Source of the DNA: a bacterium
GTDB lineage: Bacteria; Zhuqueibacterota; QNDG01; JAGLOF01
NCBI GenBank assembly: GCA_016934955.1
Contig: JAFGRY010000030.1
Location: 5,899-69,898, forward strand
Direction: 5' to 3'
Length of the DNA stretch: 64,000 nt
Shown: positions 28,930 to 37,314 of the stretch, one piece after another
Position numbering within the stretch: the stretch's first letter is position 1
Layout of the letters: the number at the start of each line of letters is the position of its first letter
Notes under the pieces: generated by a model
The model's database searches: none
The model's input: only the letters and a program-made list of their open reading frames with translations
What the model was told of the DNA's origin: nothing
Program-made: the position numbers and the translations under genes

Positions 28930-29952
28930 ATGATCACCACACGGAACATTCGCAGTGCTCTCACCCTGACGCTGGTCCTCTGCGGGAGCTCCCTGCTCCA
29001 GGGTCAGGCCAAAGTGGGGACAACCGCAGCGCCATTCCTGGGGATATCGGTGTCTCCGCGGGCCGCCGCCATGGGTAGCGCGTATGCAGCCATGGCTTCG
29101 GACGCCACCGGCATGTACTACAACCCGGGCGGGATCAGCCGCTCCGGCACATCGCAGTTCGTGTTCGCCCATACCAGCTGGCTGGTCAACACCGATCTGA
29201 ACTGGTTCGGGTTCGTGCTCAACCTCGGTGAGAGCGCTCTCGGCATAAGCGTCACCCAGCTGGATTACGGTGAAGAGATGGTGACCACCGTTCTGGAGCC
29301 GGAAGGAACGGGTGAGCGCTGGGCGGCCCGGGATCTGGCGGCCACGGTTTCGTTTGGACGCAACCTGACCGACCGGTTTTCCCTGGGCGGGAATGTCAAA
29401 TACATCCACCAGAAAATCTGGAATGAGACGGGTTCCGCATTCGCCGTTGATCTGGGCCTGCTCTATATCACCCCCTTCAATGACATGCGGATCGGCATGA
29501 GCATTTCCAATTTCGGCAGTGATCTCAGAATGGAGGGGAAGGACCTGATCCAGCGTGTGGATCTGGATCCGACGGCCACCGGCCACAATGAGACGATCGT
29601 CGGTAATCTGAAAACCGATCCCTGGCCGCTGCCGCTTTTCTTCAGAGTCGGTGTCGCTATGGATGTCATCCGCATGAGCCGCAACCGGCTGACCGTTGCT
29701 GTAGATGCCTTCCGCCCCAGTGACAACACGGAAACGCTGAATGCCGGAGCCGAGCTCGCGGTTATGGATATGTTTTTTCTCCGCGCAGGCTACAAGTCGC
29801 TCTTTCGGGAAGACAGTGAGGCCGGACTCACCATGGGTATGGGAGTGACCATGGCGCTGGCCGGAAGCGTGCAGTGGCATCTGGACTATACGTTTATCAA
29901 CTACGGCCTTTTTGAAGACATCCATATGCTGGCCGTGGCAGTGGGATTTTAA
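28930..29952 (+). CDS. PorV/PorQ-family outer-membrane beta-barrel protein
   Basis: Signal peptide, then AKVGTTAAPFLGISVSPRAAAMGSAYAAMASDATGMYYNPGGIS, the N-terminal signature I associate with PorV/PorQ. Alternating beta-strand pattern ending ...MLAVAVGF. Alternative GTG at 28918. Confidence 0.7.
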   Translation: MITTRNIRSALTLTLVLCGSSLLQGQAKVGTTAAPFLGISVSPRAAAMGSAYAAMASDATGMYYNPGGISRSGTSQFVFAHTSWLVNTDLNWFGFVLNLGESALGISVTQLDYGEEMVTTVLEPEGTGERWAARDLAATVSFGRNLTDRFSLGGNVKYIHQKIWNETGSAFAVDLGLLYITPFNDMRIGMSISNFGSDLRMEGKDLIQRVDLDPTATGHNETIVGNLKTDPWPLPLFFRVGVAMDVIRMSRNRLTVAVDAFRPSDNTETLNAGAELAVMDMFFLRAGYKSLFREDSEAGLTMGMGVTMALAGSVQWHLDYTFINYGLFEDIHMLAVAVGF

Positions 29953-30116
29953 CAGTATCAATAGATATGTCGATGAGACCGTATGGAAAGGAGGTGAGAG
30001 GAAAACCGCTATTGCAATACGAAAGAGCAATGGAAAGGAGGTGGTTCAGTAAAAACGTGCAGTACGATAATGTGTCAAGGGAGAATAATCGCTATTAACG
30101 TAAAGGGGTTTTATTC

Positions 30117-30953
30117 ATGAAACGGTTGCTATTAGTTACGCTTGCGGTAGTGCTGCTGGCCGGTCTCGCATTCGGACAGGTCAATGTAACCTACCGTATC
30201 AACATTTCCACCGTTGCCGGCGTCGGTATCGCCGACTCCTCGCATCAGGTACAGGTCTGCGGTTCCGAAGTCGGTCCCGTGGGCCAGGATCTGTGGGAGA
30301 ATTCGTACCTCACCTGGGACGATGCTTCTCCGCTGGCCACCCATGTCAGCGGCGACATCTGGGAATTGACCATTTCCTATCCCGAATCGTATGTCGGCTG
30401 GCGGATGGCGTATAAGATCCGCTATAAATCGAATATGGCCGATGGATTCAGCTGGGAAAACGGCGACAACCGCATGTGGGTCATGCCCGCCCACGACACG
30501 ACCCTGGCGATGGCGTACGTGAACAATGCCTGGGATCCTCCGTACCGGGTTACGGACAGTGTCGACGTCTACTTCAGGGTTGATATGAGCGCCCATGAAA
30601 CATTCGATCCCGATAACGATATCGTCTATATCGTCGGCGCCTTCCCCGGACCGGACGGGGCCGACAATATGTGGGTGCCCGACAAATATGCCCTGACCCC
30701 GGAAACACCCGCAAATCTCATGTGGGGTTTCGACCTGAAACTGGATGCGGCCAGCGCACCCTATTTACAGACGATGTACCGGTTCACGCTCGGCGCCTGG
30801 GACAACAGCGAGCAGGTTTTCGGTCACGGCATGTTCCCGGATAACGAGAACCGCGGTATTTCCGTATACGGCGACACAACAGTCAACTGGGTATGGTGGA
30901 ACGACGTCGCACCCCTCCAGGTCGATCACGGTGACACCATGGTCGTCACCTAG
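30117..30953 (+). CDS. N-terminal part (signal peptide plus repeated beta-sandwich, CBM-like modules) of a surface protein, ended by an in-frame TAG
   Basis: MKRLLLVTLAVVLLAGLAFGQ signal. Modules begin VNVTYRINIS and VDVYFRVDMS. There is no sorting or anchor domain before the TAG at 30951-30953. Confidence 0.8.
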   Translation: MKRLLLVTLAVVLLAGLAFGQVNVTYRINISTVAGVGIADSSHQVQVCGSEVGPVGQDLWENSYLTWDDASPLATHVSGDIWELTISYPESYVGWRMAYKIRYKSNMADGFSWENGDNRMWVMPAHDTTLAMAYVNNAWDPPYRVTDSVDVYFRVDMSAHETFDPDNDIVYIVGAFPGPDGADNMWVPDKYALTPETPANLMWGFDLKLDAASAPYLQTMYRFTLGAWDNSEQVFGHGMFPDNENRGISVYGDTTVNWVWWNDVAPLQVDHGDTMVVT

Positions 30954-30962
30954 CACGCCGAT

Positions 30963-32111
30963 ATGGCCAAAGCGATCGCCAGCCAGGGTTTCTCATTCGG
31001 CGACACGCTGGAAGTGTCACACGGCTATTTCGGCACCGCTTCGGGCGTCAGAACCAAGATGATGCTGCGTCAGGGTCTCTCCACTGTTTACGCAGCGACC
31101 GACACGGTAGTCGGCACCATCGGTGAAGATCTCGACTATCAGTACTACCTCACCAAGAACGGTAATGAATATCGCGAGATCTACTACAACTTCTACTATT
31201 CCGGAAACACCACCGGAGAAGCGGAACGGCGGATTTATTACGGCATAGATGACGGCGCGGTCATCGAAGACATCGTTGACAGTCAGTCGGAAGAACGCCG
31301 CATGCCCATTTTCAGGAATACCAGCATTCTCGATCGGGATGTCCTGGTTACCTTTGAATGCGATCTGCGGCCGGCTTACTATCAGGTAATGGCCGGTGAC
31401 AGTCTCGTCGATATTCAGAGCGTTTTCACGGTACGTCAGCCTGAAGAAGTGATTACCTGGGGCGTTGCCATGAACGGCCCCGCCACCGGAGAGTGGGGCA
31501 CCTGGGGTGCCGGACTCATGCAGACCGACGATCACCGCATGTACGATGACGGCACCCACGGCGATGCCACGGCCGGTGACACGATCTACACGATGCAGGT
31601 GCAGTTCTATGCGGACAGTACCAATAACGTGGTCGGCCAGGAGTTCAAATTCGGGATCGGCGGCGGTGACAACGAAGGCGGGTACGGGAACAATCACATC
31701 GCCAATATCGATGATGCCGGTGCCGCCTATACGATCTACACCCAGTTCGGCAGCATCGACCCGGTATTCTATGATGCCTGGGACTTCGATCTCATGATGC
31801 CCACCGATGTGGATGATGCGGGCAGTCAGCCGCTGACGTTCCAGCTGAATCAGAACTATCCCAATCCATTCAATCCGGAAACCAGGATCAGCTATACGAT
31901 TCCCCGGGATGTTACCGTGACCCTGTCCGTCTACAATCTGCTCGGGCAGAAGATCGCCACCCTCGTCGACGGCCGCATGACCGCCGGCAGCCATGTGGTG
32001 ACCTGGAACGGCAAAGATCAGTTCGGCCGTCAGGTAGGCACCGGTGTCTACATCTACCGTATCGATGCGGGCACCTTCAATGCCACAAACAAGATGCTTC
32101 TGATGAAGTAG
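30963..32111 (+). CDS. C-terminal part of the same surface protein, carrying the T9SS sorting domain
   Basis: Same frame as 30117..30953, 3 codons after the TAG. No signal peptide. Module VLVTFECDL. C-terminus LNQNYPNPFNPETRISYTIPRDVTVTLSVYNLLGQKIATL..GTGVYIYRI..NKMLLMK is a T9SS type-A CTD. Confidence 0.8.
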   Translation: MAKAIASQGFSFGDTLEVSHGYFGTASGVRTKMMLRQGLSTVYAATDTVVGTIGEDLDYQYYLTKNGNEYREIYYNFYYSGNTTGEAERRIYYGIDDGAVIEDIVDSQSEERRMPIFRNTSILDRDVLVTFECDLRPAYYQVMAGDSLVDIQSVFTVRQPEEVITWGVAMNGPATGEWGTWGAGLMQTDDHRMYDDGTHGDATAGDTIYTMQVQFYADSTNNVVGQEFKFGIGGGDNEGGYGNNHIANIDDAGAAYTIYTQFGSIDPVFYDAWDFDLMMPTDVDDAGSQPLTFQLNQNYPNPFNPETRISYTIPRDVTVTLSVYNLLGQKIATLVDGRMTAGSHVVTWNGKDQFGRQVGTGVYIYRIDAGTFNATNKMLLMK

Positions 32112-32145
32112 CACCATGTCACAAATCTGAAACAGACAGAGGAAT

Positions 32146-32181
32146 CCGGGGGAGAAGGGGCGTCCCTTCTCCCCCGGTTTT
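32146..32181 (+). terminator. Strong hairpin plus T4 (terminator or attenuator) ending 3 nt before the next start codon
   Basis: CCGGGGGAGAAGGG-gcgt-CCCTTCTCCCCCGG is a perfect 14-bp stem, followed by TTTT. The ATG of the next gene is at 32185. Confidence 0.6.
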
Positions 32182-32184
32182 AGC

Positions 32185-35019
32185 ATGAAGATACGATACG
32201 TATCACTATTCTTAATTGCCGGTTTTTTACAAGCCCAGGTGCTGACCTGGTCCCCCCAGTTCGCGACCCGCAGCGACACGATCACGATCGTCTATGACGC
32301 AACTGGAGGCAACGCAGGTCTTACGGGAGCGACGGAAGTGTATGCCCATACCGGCGTGATCACCAACCTGAGCAGTAATTCCACTGACTGGCGCTACGTG
32401 AAGACCAGCTGGGGGCAGAATACGGCCGATACTCGTCTGACCAGCCTGGGCGGCGATCGCTGGTTGCTGAAGATGCATATAGAAAGCTACTACGGCGTAC
32501 CTGCAGGGGAAACCATCGAGCAGCTGGCCTTCGTTTTTCGCAACGGTTCCGCGTCGCGGGCGGGCAGGGCCGCTGATGGAGGTGATCTCTTCATTCCCGT
32601 ATATCTGGAGGGACTCCAGGTAGCGGTGATATCCCCCGCGGAAACACCCCTGTTCGGCGATGTCGGAGACACGCTGCATGTCACCGCCGTGGGCAGCAAT
32701 GCCTCCCGTATGAGCATCAGCGTCAACAGTGTCGATATCTTTGAAACAGACGGCGACAGCCTCTCTTGCACGCTCACGGCATCGGCCGCTGGCCGGCAGG
32801 AGGTACGTGTGTCGGCGTTTGACGCCACGAACGCCAGGAAAGAGACGACATTCGACTGGGTCATCAATCCTGATATTACCATCGCGCCTTTGCCCGAAAG
32901 TGTCCGGGACGGCATTACTGTCACCGGAGCCGCCGAGGCGGTGCTGGCACTCTATGCGCCCCGAAAGGAGTTCGTCTATGTGATCGGGTCGTTCAATGAG
33001 TGGAAGTGCGGCCTCGACGGTTTCATGCACCTGACACCTGATTCCAGCCGCTGGTGGCTGACCCTGAGCGGGCTAGATCCTGATTCCCTTTACCGGTTCC
33101 AGTATCTTGTAGACGGACGGATAAAAATCGCCGATCCTTATGCGGAACTCATCCTCGACCCCTGGTATGACAGCAACATCCCTGAATCCGTCTATCCCGG
33201 CCTTCCTTCCTATCCGGCGGGGAAGACAACGGAAGCGGTTGGCGTGTTCACCACTGCTCCTGATACATTCGCCTGGACCGATGCGTCCTACGAGCCCCCG
33301 GAAAAGACGAATCTGGTTATCTATGAACTGCTCATTCGGGATTTTCTGGCCGCGCATGATTATGCAACCCTCATCGATACACTCGATTATCTGGAACGTC
33401 TTGGCGTCAGTGCCGTGGAGCTGATGCCGGTCAATGAATTCGAAGGCAACAGCAGCTGGGGGTACAATCCCTCTTTTTACTTCGCCCCTGACAAGTTTTA
33501 CGGGCCCGCCCGTGATCTCAAGCGGTTTGTGAACGAGGCCCACCGGCGCGGCATGGCGGTGATTCTCGATATGGTTCTCAATCATGCATATGGAGAATGT
33601 CCGCTGGTACGGCTGTACTGGGACGGCGCCAACAACAGGCCTGCCGCAGAAAACCCCTGGTTCAATGCCGTGTCGCCAAATCCCGTCTACAGCTGGGGGA
33701 ACGATTTCAATCATGAGAGCGAGGCGACCCGCGCATTCTGCGACCGGGTGCTGGCATACTGGGTGGAGCGCTTCCATATCGACGGGTATCGTCTCGATTT
33801 CACCAAGGGTTTCACAAACAGATACGGGGACGGGTGGTCCTATGACGCGGGCAGGATCTCGATACTGAAACGGCTTGCCGATCAGCTCTGGAATATCGAT
33901 CCTGAATGCCGCATCATTCTGGAGCATTTTTGTGAAAACAGCGAAGAGATGGAGCTGGTAACCCATGGCATGATGATCTGGGGCAATATGAACACCGCCT
34001 ACAGTCAGTCCTCCATGGGCTGGCTCAATGACTCCCAGCGTCCCTCGGGTCTCTCCGGGGGGTATTACAAGGCGCGCGGCTGGCCGGAACCGGGTCTGGT
34101 TACCTATATGGAGAGCCATGACGAACCGTGGCTTATCTACAAGAATCTGCAGTACGGCCGTTTCGGGAACGGCTATTCAATTCGAGATCTCGATACAGCT
34201 CTCGAGCGTTACGCCCTGGCGGCCGCTTTTTTCCTCACCCTGCCCGGTCCGAAGATGATGTGGCAGTTCGGCGAGCTGGGATATGATGAGTACCTCCCTG
34301 AAGCGGGCCTTGAGCGGGTCGCTCCCAAGCCGCTTCACTGGGAGTATTTCCAGGAGCGGAACAGACGGCGGCTGTATGACACTATCGCCGCTCTGAACCG
34401 GCTGCGACGGAAGCACGCGCTCTTCAGGGACGGATCAACCACAGTCACCATGCGCGCCGGCCAGAATCAGTACGACCGCTGGATCCATCTGGCCAATGAT
34501 ACCATGAGAGCGACCGTGATCGGTAATTTTGATATTGTTTCCCGGGGGCTGACCCCCGTGTTCCAGCACAGCGGAATGTGGTACGACTATTTTGCCGGCG
34601 ATTCCCTGGAAATTACGGCACCTAACGTGGAACTGGTGCTGCAGCCCGGCGAGTTCCGAATCTACCTCGACCGCGCGGAGACCCGTCCGCTGCTCACCGG
34701 TGTTGACGATCCGGGTCCGGGGACCGACACAGGTATGCCGGCCGATTGTGAGCTGTACCAGAACTATCCCAACCCCTTCAACGGCAGTACGGTGATCAGT
34801 TACCGTCTGGGAAGAGAGTGCGACGTCACCGTTGACGTGCTCAACCTGAGGGGGCAGGTGGTCGCGGTCCCGGTATCCGGCGTCCGGGCCGCCGGTGTTC
34901 ATCAGGTTTCCTGGGGGGGGCGGAACGATGCGGGAGCGAGGCTGGCCAGCGGGGTGTACTTTGTCCGGCTGCGTCAGGGAAGGCAGTTGAGAACGGCGAA
35001 GATGATCCTGTTACAATAG
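32185..35019 (+). CDS. GH13 pullulanase/amylase-like enzyme with E-set/CBM48-like module and T9SS sorting domain
   Basis: YAPRKEFVYVIGSFNEW..YRFQYLVDG (E-set). NSSWGYNPSFYFAPDKFYG, AVILDMVLNHA, GYRLDFTKGF, ILEHF and YMESHDE (GH13 regions). C-terminal LYQNYPNPFNGSTVISYRL..VLNLRGQVVAV..SGVYFVRL..KMILLQ. Confidence 0.9.
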   Translation: MKIRYVSLFLIAGFLQAQVLTWSPQFATRSDTITIVYDATGGNAGLTGATEVYAHTGVITNLSSNSTDWRYVKTSWGQNTADTRLTSLGGDRWLLKMHIESYYGVPAGETIEQLAFVFRNGSASRAGRAADGGDLFIPVYLEGLQVAVISPAETPLFGDVGDTLHVTAVGSNASRMSISVNSVDIFETDGDSLSCTLTASAAGRQEVRVSAFDATNARKETTFDWVINPDITIAPLPESVRDGITVTGAAEAVLALYAPRKEFVYVIGSFNEWKCGLDGFMHLTPDSSRWWLTLSGLDPDSLYRFQYLVDGRIKIADPYAELILDPWYDSNIPESVYPGLPSYPAGKTTEAVGVFTTAPDTFAWTDASYEPPEKTNLVIYELLIRDFLAAHDYATLIDTLDYLERLGVSAVELMPVNEFEGNSSWGYNPSFYFAPDKFYGPARDLKRFVNEAHRRGMAVILDMVLNHAYGECPLVRLYWDGANNRPAAENPWFNAVSPNPVYSWGNDFNHESEATRAFCDRVLAYWVERFHIDGYRLDFTKGFTNRYGDGWSYDAGRISILKRLADQLWNIDPECRIILEHFCENSEEMELVTHGMMIWGNMNTAYSQSSMGWLNDSQRPSGLSGGYYKARGWPEPGLVTYMESHDEPWLIYKNLQYGRFGNGYSIRDLDTALERYALAAAFFLTLPGPKMMWQFGELGYDEYLPEAGLERVAPKPLHWEYFQERNRRRLYDTIAALNRLRRKHALFRDGSTTVTMRAGQNQYDRWIHLANDTMRATVIGNFDIVSRGLTPVFQHSGMWYDYFAGDSLEITAPNVELVLQPGEFRIYLDRAETRPLLTGVDDPGPGTDTGMPADCELYQNYPNPFNGSTVISYRLGRECDVTVDVLNLRGQVVAVPVSGVRAAGVHQVSWGGRNDAGARLASGVYFVRLRQGRQLRTAKMILLQ

Positions 35020-35056
35020 AAATCACCAAGAACGACTCTTACTGAGGAGGAGACAG

Positions 35057-37273
35057 ATGGCAGGCATTGATTATGTGATCGTCATTTTATATCTCAGCGC
35101 GATGGTGTTTATCGGCATAATGATGCAGCGGAAAGCGTCGAAGGATATCGATTCGTACTTTCTCGGTAACCGGGGCATGCCCTGGTGGGCGCTGGGCGCT
35201 TCCGGCATGGCCTCAAATCTCGATGTCAGCGGTACGATGATCAATACCGCCTGGATTTTTGCCCTGGGCACGGCAGGCATGTTCATCGAAATACGGGGCG
35301 GAGTCACCCTGATCATGGCCTTCCTCATGATTTTTATGGGAAAATGGAACCGCAGGGCGAAAGTGATGACCATGGCCGAATGGATGCATTTCCGTTTCGG
35401 GAAAGGCAACGAAGGGCACGTGGCGCGGCTGATCGCGGCCGTTTCGATCCTCATCATTACGGTGGCCATGATCACCTATTTCGCCGTTGGATCGGGCAAG
35501 TTTATCAGCACCTTTCTAGGTATCCCCGATATCGGGCGGGTCGAGAAGCAGCTTGACAGTGATGATCTCGCTTCCCTGGACAAGGGATTCACCGGGATCA
35601 ATATGGCCCTGGTAGATGTCAACGAACTGATCGATGGGCAGAGAATCGAGGTCAGTGAACAGAAAGCCCTCAACCGTTCCTGGACTGAACTTGATAAAAG
35701 CTGGGATCTCCTGCGGGGCAATCCCGGACAGCTGAGCGCGATGGTGGCATTCGAAGACAAGCTGCTCTCCTTTGACATGACCTCCCGTTCGGCACGGGCG
35801 GCTCTGCGACACGCCCTTCCCGACCAGGATTCCCCGGAAGCCCGCAGCCTCACCTTCCAGATCAATCATGTCGTGGATCAGGTGGAAGCGATTACAAGCT
35901 TTTATCACCGGGAAGCCGTGTACTCGATTATTATCACAGCGCAGTTTATGGCGGCCCTCCTGATGATGAGCCTGGCCATGATCTACACGGTGGCGAGCGG
36001 TCTCTACGGGGTTGTCTGGACGGATATCTTCCAGGGATTCCTTATTTTCGCCACAATCATGTATATCTGTTTCACGGCCGCCCTCCACTTCACTGTTCCC
36101 GATATCTTTTCCATATCGGTTCCCATGCGGGACGGTACATTTCAGGCTTTGCAAACGACCAGGGAGGCGTGGACCAGCTTTGTCCCGCCGTGGAAACTCG
36201 ATTTCCCCCAGGATTCACTCTACTCGATTTACAATCTTTTCGGGATCGCCATCCTGTTCTACCTGATCAAGGTGATCATCGAAGGAAGCGGCGGTACTTC
36301 CGGCTACATGATCCAGCGTTATTTCGCCTGCCGCAGTGACCGTGAGGCGGGCCTTCTTTCGCTTTTCTGGACCTTCCTCCTCTCCTTCCGCTGGCCCTTT
36401 ATCGCGGCCATTGCCATCATGGGGGTGTCGTACGGCGCAAGCAACGGAGTGATCAATGATCCCGAAACCGTATTGCCGGTGGTCGTCAATCAGCTGATTC
36501 CCATGGGTCTCAAGGGCCTGCTGGTGGCGGGTCTGATGGCCGCAGCCATGTCGACCTTCGATTCCACGGTGAACGCGGGTGCATCCTACTGGGTAAAAGA
36601 CATTTATCAGGCGTATATCAATCCCCGGGCCGATGACCGCAAACTCATGCTCCACAGCCGCTGGGCGTCGATTCTCCTTGTCGTATTCGGATTGCTTTTC
36701 AGCATGGCAATTCGTAATATCAATGAGATCTGGGGGTGGATCACCATGAGCATTGGAGCCGGCATGTTCATCCCCACGCTCATTCGCTGGTACTGGTGGC
36801 GCATGAACGGCTGGGGATTCGCGGCGGGGACGGCCGCCGGTATGATTGCCGCCGTGATACAGCGTCTTGTGTTTCCGCAGGTGCCTGAATATGTGTCATT
36901 TCTCTTTGCCAGCGGTATATCGCTGCTGGCGACGATCATCGGCACCTATCTTACAAAGCCGACGGATATTGATGTCCTCGTTGCGTTTTACCGGACAACC
37001 CGGCCGTTCGGCTTCTGGAAACCGGTGAAGGAACGGCTGCAGAGCCGGGTCATCGAGCAGATGGACAAGGAAAACCGGCGTGATAAATTGTCCATCTTTC
37101 TGGCGGTGCCCTGGCAGATCGTCCTTTTTCTCATGTGGATTTCCGTGATGATGAAACGCTGGGATCAGGCGGGGCTGCTTCTGGCTGTGCTGATCGCGCT
37201 CTCCGTCGGGCTCTATTTTGCCTGGTTCCGGCATCTCTCGACGGAAGTGACCCTCGATTCCGCGGAATCATGA
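35057..37273 (+). CDS. Sodium:solute symporter (SSS) family transporter with a large hydrophilic insertion
   Basis: DYVIVILYLSAMVFIGI..SYFLGNRGMPWWALGASGMASNLDVSG is an SSS N-terminus. There are many TM segments. A hydrophilic stretch of about 130 aa lies at 35528-35920. Confidence 0.85.
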   Translation: MAGIDYVIVILYLSAMVFIGIMMQRKASKDIDSYFLGNRGMPWWALGASGMASNLDVSGTMINTAWIFALGTAGMFIEIRGGVTLIMAFLMIFMGKWNRRAKVMTMAEWMHFRFGKGNEGHVARLIAAVSILIITVAMITYFAVGSGKFISTFLGIPDIGRVEKQLDSDDLASLDKGFTGINMALVDVNELIDGQRIEVSEQKALNRSWTELDKSWDLLRGNPGQLSAMVAFEDKLLSFDMTSRSARAALRHALPDQDSPEARSLTFQINHVVDQVEAITSFYHREAVYSIIITAQFMAALLMMSLAMIYTVASGLYGVVWTDIFQGFLIFATIMYICFTAALHFTVPDIFSISVPMRDGTFQALQTTREAWTSFVPPWKLDFPQDSLYSIYNLFGIAILFYLIKVIIEGSGGTSGYMIQRYFACRSDREAGLLSLFWTFLLSFRWPFIAAIAIMGVSYGASNGVINDPETVLPVVVNQLIPMGLKGLLVAGLMAAAMSTFDSTVNAGASYWVKDIYQAYINPRADDRKLMLHSRWASILLVVFGLLFSMAIRNINEIWGWITMSIGAGMFIPTLIRWYWWRMNGWGFAAGTAAGMIAAVIQRLVFPQVPEYVSFLFASGISLLATIIGTYLTKPTDIDVLVAFYRTTRPFGFWKPVKERLQSRVIEQMDKENRRDKLSIFLAVPWQIVLFLMWISVMMKRWDQAGLLLAVLIALSVGLYFAWFRHLSTEVTLDSAES

Positions 37274-37314
37274 AAAGCGGCTGAACGCCTAACGAAAAGG
37301 ATGTAACGAAAGAA

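Noticed and set aside
16205-35019. Genome-wide reassignment of TAG (for example pyrrolysine or another sense reading) as the explanation for the two in-frame TAGs
   Set aside because: TAG terminates several genes exactly at canonical C-termini. Examples are the TonB receptor ending in Phe and T9SS sorting domains ending ..LLMK, ..ILLQ and ..LLQR. No pyl-type genes are seen in the window. Local suppression or mutation remains possible, but not a changed code.
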